DNA of 64,000 nucleotides from Candidatus Kaiserbacteria bacterium (GTDB lineage: Bacteria; Patescibacteriota; Minisyncoccia; Phycocordibacterales; UBA2100), in assembly GCA_016186695.1 (NCBI GenBank), contig JACPLC010000001.1, positions 174,706-238,705 of the forward strand, read 5' to 3'. The notes below the pieces were generated by a model that saw only the letters and a list, made by a program, of their open reading frames with translations, searched no databases and was not told the DNA's origin. Positions 55,522-64,000 of this stretch are shown here, piece after piece. Within the stretch, counting starts at the first letter, position 1. Every line of letters begins with the position of its first letter. A program made the translations under genes and the position numbers.

Positions 55522-57901
55522 ATGTCAATGCGCATGACAAAAACGATCAGAGAGCGAGTAGCGAGACCGGGAGCTCAAACAGCACGCGTGAGTATCGTTG
55601 GAGATAGTGCCGCCATGCGCGTATACAAAAAATACCTGCCTCAAATCCAGAAGCGCGATGGCAGGATCGTACCATTCGAGCTTTCAAAGATCGTGAGTGC
55701 CATCGAAAAAGCGATGAAAGCCTCGAACGAAGGCTCGGGAGATGAGGCGATGGTGTTTGCACACAAAGTTGCGAGCGAAATGATGCGCATTGCGAAGACC
55801 TACAAGAACTTTTTGCCCACTGTCGAAGGTTGTCAGGACGAAGTCGAGCGTCAGTTGATGCTGAGCGACTACGTTGCAACCTCGAAATCGTACATTTTGT
55901 ATCGTGCGGAGCGAAGCAAGATCCGCAAAGAGCAGGGCGAGGTACCCGAGCATGTACGAAAGCTTTCTGAGGAGAGCAAAAAGTATTTCAAAAACAATCC
56001 GCTCGGCGAATTTGTATATCTCCGCACCTACGCGCGCTGGATCGAGAGCGAGCAGCGTCGCGAGACGTGGATCGAGACCGTCGATCGCTATGTAAATTTC
56101 ATGCGTGAAAATCTCGGCGACAAACTTAACGTACGGGAGTACGGGCAGGTGCGCGAAGCGATCCTCAAGCAGGAGGTGATGCCCTCGATGCGCGCGATGC
56201 AGTTTTCGGGAGATCCCGCGCGCAAGTGCAACACGTGTTTCTACAACTGCTCGTTCATCGCACCGCGCAAGCTCGAAGATTTTGCGGAGATCATGTACCT
56301 CTCGATGCAAGGGTGCGGTGTCGGCTACGCTGTCGAAAGTTACAACATCCAGCAGCTCCCGCAGATAGAAAAACAGACCGGAGAAAAATTGCCGATGCAT
56401 GTCGTCGCAGACACGAAAGAAGGTTGGTGCGATGCCTTGACTCTCGGTCTCAAGAACTGGTACAGCGGTAAGGACATCGAATTTGATTTTTCGCTCATTC
56501 GTCCCGCAGGCGCGCGCTTGAAGACAATGGGAGGGAAAGCATCGGGGCCGGAGCCGCTCCGCTCGCTGCTTTCGTTTGCACGCGAGCGGATATTGAAGCG
56601 ACAGGGAAGACGCCTCCGCAACATCGATGCGCACGATATCATCTGCAAGGTAGGTGAGTGCGTGGTTGCGGGTGGCGTGCGCCGCACCGCAATGATTAGT
56701 CTCTCGGACTTGGACGATGTCGAGATCCGCGATGCCAAAAAAGGCCAGTTTTTCCTCACCGATCCGTACCGAAGCGTTGCCAATAACTCCGCAGTCTATG
56801 AGACAAAGCCCACGAATGCCGAATTGATGGACGAGTGGGTCGCACTTATGAAGAGCGGTACCGGAGAGCGTGGTATTTTCAACCGCGGAAGCCTTCCCTC
56901 TACGCTACCGAAGCGTCGTCTCGAATATCTTCGCAAAAAGTACGGTAAGAAGAACGGATTCATCGGCCAGCTTGGCACGAATCCCTGCGCGGAGATCATT
57001 CTGCAGTCACACGAGTTTTGCAACCTATCGGAAGTTATCGCGCGGCCGCACGACACTGAAGCGACGCTTTTGAGAAAGACGAAGCTCGCGACACTTCTCG
57101 GTACCTATCAATCAACACTTACCAACTTCCGCTATATTTCGGAAGACTGGAAGAAGAATTGCGAAGCAGAACGGCTTCTCGGTGTTTCCATCACCGGCCA
57201 GTGGGACTCGGGGGCTGTGAGAAATCCTGCCACCTTGCGGAAGATGCGGCAGACCTCGATCAAAACGAACCAGACGTATGCGAAGCGCTTCGGCATTAAT
57301 CCTTCGCACTCGATCACCTGCGTGAAGCCTTCGGGAACCGTCTCGCAGACATTTGATTGCGCTTCGGGCATTCATCCGCGTCACTCGCAATACTATATCC
57401 GCCGCATCAGAATTTCCGCGACCGACTCACTCTACAAGATGATGCGTGATCAGGGCGTGCCGCATCACCCGGAAGTGGGGCAGGTAGCGGGCGAAGCGAA
57501 CACGTACGTCTTGGAATTTCCGGTGAAAGCACCGACAGGCTCTGTGTTTAAAGATGATCTCTCCGCGATCGAACAGCTTGAATATTGGAAAACAGTGAAG
57601 CTGAATTTCACGGAGCACAACCCTTCGGCAACGATTTCTGTAGGTGATGAGGAGTGGGTGCAGGTTGTCGCGTGGCTGTATGAAAACTGGGAGATCATCG
57701 GAGGGCTTTCGTTCCTCCCGAGAACAAACCACGTGTATCGTCTCTCGCCTTATGAAGCGATAGACAAAAAAAACGTATGAGCAACGGGTCGCGCGTTTCC
57801 CCCAGATCGATTTCTCGAAACTCATCATCTACGAGCGCACCGACGAGACGGAGCAGGCGAAAGAGTTGGCCTGCGCGGGCGGGACGTGCGAAATAGTCTA
57901 G
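55522..57901 (+). CDS. nrdJ: Class II (B12-dependent) ribonucleotide reductase with ATP cone; frameshift at A8 57766-57773
   Basis: KRDGRIVPF ATP cone; PSMR; YNCS; GGVRRTA; TNPCAEI; TCVKPSGT; C-terminal ELACAGGTCEIV in the shifted frame ending at TAG 57901. Confidence 0.9.
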
Positions 57902-57936
57902 AACAGTAAGTAGAAAGTAGTTAGTAGTCAGTAGAA

Positions 57937-57980
57937 AAAGAAAGCGCCCGACGAACCGAAGCTCGCCGGGAGCTTTCTTG
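57937..57980. terminator. Bidirectional hairpin between convergent genes
   Basis: aagaaagc.cccg.cga / tcg.cggg.gctttctt. Confidence 0.6.
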
Positions 57981-57996
57981 ATTCGTCGGGTTGTTC

Positions 57997-58272
57997 CTAC
58001 CGTTTGTTGACCCTCACCTTCAAGTGTCTGGTCTCGGTGTTCCAATCCGTAATCGTGAATTTACGCCGAGCTTCCTCAGGGCTGTTGATAATCATAAACA
58101 CGCCGGTCGATGCCACCGCAGCTTGGGCAATCAGTCCAAAAAGCGGTTCATCGGCGGGATCGAATGTCAGAGTTCCGCCTTCCTCGATCTCAATCGTGAT
58201 CTTCTTCTGGGGCTCTGGGATTAATCCGCCGACATCAATGCCGAACGGGTTTGCTTTTTTGGGCCACCACAT
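57997..58272 (-). CDS. Hypothetical protein
   Basis: MWWPKKANPF with purine-rich RBS (aagaaagggaag). Confidence 0.5.
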   Translation of the reverse strand: MWWPKKANPFGIDVGGLIPEPQKKITIEIEEGGTLTFDPADEPLFGLIAQAAVASTGVFMIINSPEEARRKFTITDWNTETRHLKVRVNKR

Positions 58273-58354
58273 TGCGCTTCCCTTTCTTCTTCGATGAACG
58301 CCGTCGGAACTATACGTTCTATAGACCACTTGTCAATTGGAGTGTATATTACAC

Positions 58355-58689
58355 GTCTGCGTTAGGCAGTCGCTGTGTGCCGCAAGGCGCATAGAGGAAA
58401 GTCCGGACACAGGCTCCTCAAAGGAGCAGCAGGGTAGCGGGTAACGCCCGTCCGCCGCGAGGCGAGAGATGCGAACAGTGACGCCAAGGCTGAAAGGCCA
58501 AGGGCTCCTCCGGGAGTAATCACATCGAAAGGTGTGGGTGCAACGGCAAAACTCTTACTTCTGTGCAAGGCCGTGTCCAGCCGCAATTTTCAATTGAAAT
58601 TGCTGCTGGAAGAGCCGCTTGACCCTGAGAGTAATCGAAGGGCTAGATAGATGATTGTCCTCGACAGAATCCGGCTTAATTACGCAGAC
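58355..58689 (+). ncRNA. rnpB: RNase P RNA
   Basis: GAGGAAAGTCCGG P4 5' strand; ACAGAATCCGGCTTA 3' strand; P1 gtctgcgt/acgcagac. Confidence 0.95.
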
Positions 58690-58714
58690 AAAATCCCCCG
58701 CAAGGGGGATTTTG
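58690..58714 (+). terminator. Terminator of rnpB
   Basis: aaaatccccc-gcaa-gggggatttt. Confidence 0.85.
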
Positions 58715-58735
58715 TATATGCTATACTCTTTCTCG

Positions 58736-61012
58736 ATGCAGTATTTTGCCCGCGCAGAATCAGTGGTTCGGTGGTCAGTCTTTCTTCTCTTCCTGCTCGC
58801 TCCATTTTTCTTCATCCCCGTTCCGTGGGTGAGCGTCGTGCAGGCAAAAATGCTTTTGTCGGTCGTTGTTATCACCGTCTGTTTTCTTGCATGGATCGCG
58901 ATGTCTCTCAAAGATTCTGAGATCCGGATCCCGCGAAGCTGGCTCCTCATCGCAGCGCTTTCTATTCCGCTTGCGTATCTCATCTCCGCACTTGTGTCAG
59001 GGCCTTCGTGGAGTTCGCTCATTGGTGAGGGTGGAGGGCAGGATACGGTCGTCGGGTTTGTCATTTGGTACGTGGCGCTCTTTCTTTCGGCAGTCATTCT
59101 CGGCGCACAGGCGAATAGACCGGCTCTTGCGGTTCGACTCCTCATGTTGAGCACCGCTGTCATCATCGTGGTTCAAGCAATGCGCCTTCTTCTTCCCGCG
59201 TTTACGTTTGGTGGGGTGCTATCTCTCCCCGCGACCTCTGTCGTGGGGAGTTGGCACGATCTCGGCATTTATCTTTCTCTCGCGCTTTTCCTTTCGCTTG
59301 CCCTCCTTTCCACCTCAGTATTCGAGGGCGCATGGCGCTACGTCGCACTTGCTGCTCTCGTTGGCGCCGCGGTACTCCTTGTCGTCGTCAACTATTCGGA
59401 TGTATGGCTTGCGCTCGCGGGAGTTAGTCTCTTGTACGCTCTTTTTCGCTTTCGTATGCCACCAGCCGGTGCGCGTTTCGGAGGATACAAACTTTCGCTC
59501 TTGTGGCTTCTCATCGCGCTTCTTGCGGGTGCGATGTATTTCGTAGGACCCGCGCTTCAGCGCGCGCTTCCAGCATCCCTCCAGATCACGCAAGTCGAAG
59601 TGCGGCCCTCTTGGAAAGGCACCTTCGCCATCGGTCGGGAAGTGTTTGCAGAACCGACGCAGATCCTATTTGGCTCGGGTCCCAACACCTTTCCGCGGGA
59701 GTGGGGCCGCTATAAGCCGCTTTCGGTCAACACCACGCAATTCTGGAATACCGATTTTTATTACGGGGTCGGATTTATTCCGACGTCGCTCGTGACGACC
59801 GGTATATTGGGCCTTATCGCATGGATCGCTATGTGCGGAGCTCTTCTCATACGTGTCGTTCGGCTGTTCCGCGAAAGCTCCAGCGCATCACTCCTGCGCG
59901 CCGCACTCGTCTTCTCGGCGGTATTCCTGACCGTCTACCATATTCTCTACGTTCCCGGTCCGGCGCTTTCTCTTCTCACATTCCTCCTCTTTGGTGCCGT
60001 CGTAGCCGAAGAGGTCCTCACCGGCTCGATCTCACGCTCCGTCATATCAGTCTCGTGGGATCTCTGGAAGGGGAGAGCGGCCGCGCTCGCGCTTTCTCTC
60101 GCCGGACTCGTTCTATTTTTTGGCGGTGTGCAGTCGACGCGCGCACTTGTCTCAGACGTGCTCGTGAATCGCGCGATCGTGCAATATCAATCCTCACAAG
60201 ACATCGGTAAAGCATCTCGATCAATCGCACTTTCAATTATCGTATTGCCCGGAAGTGATCGGGCGAACCGCGCCGGCGTCGAGCTCGGCATTTTGCAGCT
60301 TGCCGCTCTTGCGTCGAGCTCGGACGGCAGCTCCGGTGCACAGGCGGAGCTGCAGGGTACGTTGAATGCGACTATTCAGCACGGACTCGCAGCGGTCGCT
60401 ATAGATAGTCGTAACTATCAAAATTGGCTCACACTCGCGCGGCTCTACGGAGAACTCGCGGGTGCAGGGGTAACGGGCGCGGAAGAAGCAGCGCGCGAAG
60501 CGTACAAAGAGGCAGCGTCTGCGAGTCCCACTAATCCACTTTCGTACCTTGGTCTCGCACAGCTCGATATTGTGAAGGGAGACGATGCAAGCGCGCGCAA
60601 AAATCTCGAGACGGCAATCGGGATCAAGCCGGATCTTGCAGCTGCGCACTTCTTGCTCTCGCAGATTTTTGCGCGCGCAAATGCACTTCCCGATGCGAAA
60701 CAACACGCGGAGACAGTTGTACAGATCGCACCGCAGGATGCACTCGGCTGGTATAACCACGGCACTGTCATGTATGCGTTGCAGGACTATGAAAATGCCG
60801 TGCTCTCTTTTGAACACGCGGTCAGCATTGAGAGTAACTACGCGAATGCCCTCTTTCTTCTGGGACTCTCGTATTACCGGCTTGACCGAAGCGATGATGC
60901 ACTGAGGGTCCTACGGGCTGTCGCAGCCACGAACCCAGACGATGCTGCACTGCGCGACACAATAGAGGACATCGAGGCTGGCCGGGATCCATTCGCCCCC
61001 TCGGCGAGGTAG
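58736..61012 (+). CDS. Polytopic membrane protein (O-antigen ligase-like) with C-terminal TPR repeats
   Basis: About 12 TMs; FGSGPNTF; TTGILG; TPRs such as PDLAAAHFLL and NYANALFLLG. Confidence 0.75.
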   Translation: MQYFARAESVVRWSVFLLFLLAPFFFIPVPWVSVVQAKMLLSVVVITVCFLAWIAMSLKDSEIRIPRSWLLIAALSIPLAYLISALVSGPSWSSLIGEGGGQDTVVGFVIWYVALFLSAVILGAQANRPALAVRLLMLSTAVIIVVQAMRLLLPAFTFGGVLSLPATSVVGSWHDLGIYLSLALFLSLALLSTSVFEGAWRYVALAALVGAAVLLVVVNYSDVWLALAGVSLLYALFRFRMPPAGARFGGYKLSLLWLLIALLAGAMYFVGPALQRALPASLQITQVEVRPSWKGTFAIGREVFAEPTQILFGSGPNTFPREWGRYKPLSVNTTQFWNTDFYYGVGFIPTSLVTTGILGLIAWIAMCGALLIRVVRLFRESSSASLLRAALVFSAVFLTVYHILYVPGPALSLLTFLLFGAVVAEEVLTGSISRSVISVSWDLWKGRAAALALSLAGLVLFFGGVQSTRALVSDVLVNRAIVQYQSSQDIGKASRSIALSIIVLPGSDRANRAGVELGILQLAALASSSDGSSGAQAELQGTLNATIQHGLAAVAIDSRNYQNWLTLARLYGELAGAGVTGAEEAAREAYKEAASASPTNPLSYLGLAQLDIVKGDDASARKNLETAIGIKPDLAAAHFLLSQIFARANALPDAKQHAETVVQIAPQDALGWYNHGTVMYALQDYENAVLSFEHAVSIESNYANALFLLGLSYYRLDRSDDALRVLRAVAATNPDDAALRDTIEDIEAGRDPFAPSAR

Positions 61013-61015
61013 CGC

Positions 61016-62713
61016 ATGATGCGGGAAACCTTGAGATTTCTCGCCTCACCGGTGCGGGGTCTGCAGGCAGCGGTGTACGTATTAGCTGCCTCGGCACTTC
61101 TCTCCTCTCTTCTTGCGCTTGTTCGCGACCGCTTGTTTGCAGGGAGCTTTGGTGCCGGAGCGGAGCTCGACATCTATTACGCTGCATTCCGTATACCGGA
61201 TTTTCTTTTTGTGATGACCGGCGCACTCGTTTCCGTCTATATACTGATTCCCGAACTTTTGCGGCGCTCATCTGAAAAGCAAAAGGATTACATCGACACG
61301 GTGCTCTTGGGGTTCAGCGCTCTTGCGGTTGTTCTCTCTTCAATCGCGGCGCTCCTTGCGCCCTCGCTCTTAGTGATGCTCTTTCCGGATTTTGCCGCAC
61401 GCGGCTATCTACCGACCTTGACCGTGCTCACCCGCATCATGCTCTTACAACCGATCCTTTTGGGACTCTCCAACATTCTCGCGAGTATCACGCAGGCGCG
61501 TGGGCGCTACATCTTGTACGCGGCATCGCCGCTCCTTTACAACCTCGGCATTATCTTCGGACTTCTCGCGCTCTACCCATACTTCGGGATAGCTGGTCTC
61601 GCGTGGGGAGTGGTGCTCGGTGCCGCACTTCACCTCGGAGTACAGCTTCCCTCGATTGTAGGCGAGGGGTTTTTCCGCTCACTTCCTAGCTTTAGCGAGC
61701 GCTCTGCGCTATTGCAGACAGCAGCAATATCGATTCCGCGTGCGCTCACACTCTCGATGAACCAGATCACGTTTACCGGATTGACTGCTCTTGCTTCCGG
61801 ACTTTCCACAGGGTCGATCGCAGTATATATCTTCGGATTCAATCTCATGAGTGTTCCTCTTTCTGTCATCGGCGCTTCTTACTCTGTTGCTGCCTTTCCG
61901 ACGCTCGCCTCTGCGCTCGCGGAAGGCCGCGCGCGGGAATTCATCGAGTATGTATCGACCGCTGCCCGCTACATACTCTTCTGGTCGCTTCCCGTCATAG
62001 GGCTCATCATTGTGCTTCGCGCACATATTGTGCGTGTGATCCTCGGGAGCGGCTCCTTCGACTGGACCGATACACGTCTCACTGCTGCGGTCTTCGCACT
62101 TCTCTCCATATCGCTTGCAGCGCAAGCGCTTATGCTCCTCCTCGCACGCGCCTATTACGCCGCGGGCCGAACATTCGTACCTTTTTTTATCGCGGTAGCG
62201 TCGACGGCTCTCACGATGTACCTCGCAATCCTTTTCACGGGTCAGCTTGCAGAAACAAGTGTGCTTCGCTTTGTCGAGCGCGTGATGCGTCTCGAAGATG
62301 TTTCAGGAAGCGCGATCGTGGCTCTGCCGATCGCGTTTTCGCTAGTCTCCATCGGCGGAGTCGTCGCGCTTATCGTTCATTTCGAACAGCGTTTCGGCGG
62401 ATTCTTCTCCCTGATAAAAGTTTCTCTCATGCAGGCTGTGCTTGCCGGCATTGGCGCGGCACTTGCCGCCTATGCCACGCTTGTCGTTGTGGGACCTCTG
62501 ACACTTTCCTCAACGCTCGCGTCAGTTTTTATCCGGGGACTTGCTGGGGGGATTGCAGGGGTTTGTGCGGCCGTGCTCGTGTATGCCATCTTGAGGAATC
62601 GTGAGTATGAGGAAACAGTTTCCGCAATTCATGGGAAACTCTGGAAGTTGCCACTTCCAAAAGCCCAGCCCATCGCATCAGCTGAGGAGATTAGTGCTTC
62701 AAGTCCCCAATAG
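61016..62713 (+). CDS. murJ: Lipid II flippase MurJ/MviN
   Basis: RDRLFA..FGAG.ELDIYYAAFRIPD; PLLYNLGII; LAWGVVLGA; AAFPTL. Confidence 0.88.
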   Translation: MMRETLRFLASPVRGLQAAVYVLAASALLSSLLALVRDRLFAGSFGAGAELDIYYAAFRIPDFLFVMTGALVSVYILIPELLRRSSEKQKDYIDTVLLGFSALAVVLSSIAALLAPSLLVMLFPDFAARGYLPTLTVLTRIMLLQPILLGLSNILASITQARGRYILYAASPLLYNLGIIFGLLALYPYFGIAGLAWGVVLGAALHLGVQLPSIVGEGFFRSLPSFSERSALLQTAAISIPRALTLSMNQITFTGLTALASGLSTGSIAVYIFGFNLMSVPLSVIGASYSVAAFPTLASALAEGRAREFIEYVSTAARYILFWSLPVIGLIIVLRAHIVRVILGSGSFDWTDTRLTAAVFALLSISLAAQALMLLLARAYYAAGRTFVPFFIAVASTALTMYLAILFTGQLAETSVLRFVERVMRLEDVSGSAIVALPIAFSLVSIGGVVALIVHFEQRFGGFFSLIKVSLMQAVLAGIGAALAAYATLVVVGPLTLSSTLASVFIRGLAGGIAGVCAAVLVYAILRNREYEETVSAIHGKLWKLPLPKAQPIASAEEISASSPQ

Positions 62714-62732
62714 AGGAGGCGCTCGGGGGTAT

Positions 62733-62825
62733 TGCATTGTTCGGGTCGCGTCGTCGCGTGCTCGCGCCGCGCTCCCGCTCGGCCTCATCGGCCTGCGCGA
62801 AGACCCTCACAACGCAATACCCCCT
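62733..62825. repeat. Structured intergenic repeat, copy 2
   Basis: Outer stem gggggtattgc/gcaataccccc; core ctcccgctcggcc..tcggcctgcgcgaagac shared with 33011-33108. Confidence 0.75.
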
Positions 62826-62875
62826 CGCTGGAAAAAAGCGGAACACCTCTTTATTTGCTAGGATAGTGAATCGAT

Positions 62876-64000
62876 ATGAACATCCGGAATTTTTCCATCA
62901 TTGCACATATTGATCATGGAAAGTCGACGCTTGCCGACCGGATGCTTGAGATGACAGGCACGATCGAGCCACGGCGCATGCAGGAACAGGTACTTGATAG
63001 GATGGAGTTGGAGCGCGAGCGGGGCATCACCATCAAAATGGCGCCCGTACGCATGGTATGGAAATACAAGAATCAAGAATCAAGAATCAAGAATCGTGAT
63101 TCGGCATTCGATATTCGTGATTCGTCGGATTCAGAATATATTCTGAATCTGATTGATACGCCGGGACATGTCGATTTTTCATATGAAGTTTCGCGGGCGC
63201 TCTCCGCCGTAGAAGGCGTCGTGCTTCTTGTGGATGCAACACAGGGTGTGGAGGCCCAGACGCTCTCAGTGCTTTCGGTAGCGCGTTCACTCAATCGTGT
63301 AATCGTACCGGTTGTTTCGAAAATCGATGCGCCGAACGCACGGGTAGGTGAGATCGTGAGCGAACTCTCGCTTCTTCTCGGGTGTCCGGAGGAGCATGTA
63401 TTAAAAGCTTCCGGAAAGACGGGAGAAGGCGTGCGCGATATCCTCGAAGCGATAGTCGTGCGGATCCCGGAGCCGCGATCGTCCGGACAAAAACCCCAAG
63501 CACTCGTATTCGACTTCGGCTATTCGGACCATCGGGGCGTCATTGTGTATGCACGCGTTTTCGGCGGGGCTCTGAAAAAGGGCGATACGCTCCGTCTTGT
63601 TGCGGCCGACGCATCATTTACTGCGCTTGAGGTCGGCATACTTACACCGGATGACGTGCCGTGTCCGGAACTTGCAGAAGGAGAGATCGGCTACATCGTG
63701 ACGGGTATCAAAAAACCCGGAGTCGCTTCTGTGGGCGACACCGTGACATCCGCGCGCGATAGCGCGCCGGCGCTTCCCGGCTACCGTGCACCGACTCCGG
63801 TCATCTGGGCATCGGTCTATCCGGAGTCGCAGGATGATTTGCCCGTTCTGCGGCAATCGCTCGAGCGTTTGCGTCTTTCCGATTCTTCGCTTTCGTACGA
63901 AGAGGAGAGTTCCGGCATCATGGGGAAGGGTTTCCGCTGCGGTTTCTTGGGAATGCTCCATCTCGAAATTGTTATCGAGCGGCTACGACGTGAATTCAAC
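62876..64000 (+). CDS. lepA: Elongation factor 4 (partial, runs off the window; absent from the ORF track)
   Basis: MNIRNFSIIAHIDHGKSTLADR; ERERGITIK; LIDTPGHVDFSYEVSR; GFRCGFLGMLH. Confidence 0.95.
   Translation, partial: MNIRNFSIIAHIDHGKSTLADRMLEMTGTIEPRRMQEQVLDRMELERERGITIKMAPVRMVWKYKNQESRIKNRDSAFDIRDSSDSEYILNLIDTPGHVDFSYEVSRALSAVEGVVLLVDATQGVEAQTLSVLSVARSLNRVIVPVVSKIDAPNARVGEIVSELSLLLGCPEEHVLKASGKTGEGVRDILEAIVVRIPEPRSSGQKPQALVFDFGYSDHRGVIVYARVFGGALKKGDTLRLVAADASFTALEVGILTPDDVPCPELAEGEIGYIVTGIKKPGVASVGDTVTSARDSAPALPGYRAPTPVIWASVYPESQDDLPVLRQSLERLRLSDSSLSYEEESSGIMGKGFRCGFLGMLHLEIVIERLRREFN

Noticed and set aside
58655-58735. ORF-track start of the TPR membrane protein
   Set aside because: Overlaps the RNase P RNA 3' end and terminator; ATG 58736 follows a TGcTATACT box

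Overview
A gene-dense chromosomal segment that reads as Patescibacteria/CPR, probably Parcubacteria (inferred from gene style, leaderless promoters, peptidoglycan-binding surface proteins and short palindromic repeats). Housekeeping genes include msrB, obgE, pyrD, glmS, metK with a SAM-I riboswitch, yvcK, nth, a tandem ddl, mutY, rnj, secG, groES/groEL, lemA, htpX, class II RNR, RNase P RNA, tRNA-Ser, murJ and partial lepA. They are interleaved with very large secreted or surface proteins, a low-GC DpnA-like MTase plus MutH/Sau3AI nuclease pair, and a RelE-type toxin-antitoxin pair. The most unusual signals are non-coding or sub-genic: (1) a ~400-nt, highly structured putative RNA at 16.4-16.8 kb with its own promoter and terminator that matches no family I recognise; (2) families of 20-35-nt palindromes and heptamer tracts inserted in frame into conserved proteins and also found between genes; (3) a dispersed ~95-nt three-way-junction element showing covariation; (4) a 6S-like rod that sequesters the start codon of a 1572-aa protein; (5) a TrpR-like gene bracketed by an 18-bp palindrome; (6) an A8 frameshift that detaches the essential C-terminal Cys tail of NrdJ. 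All family calls are by eye; no searches were run.
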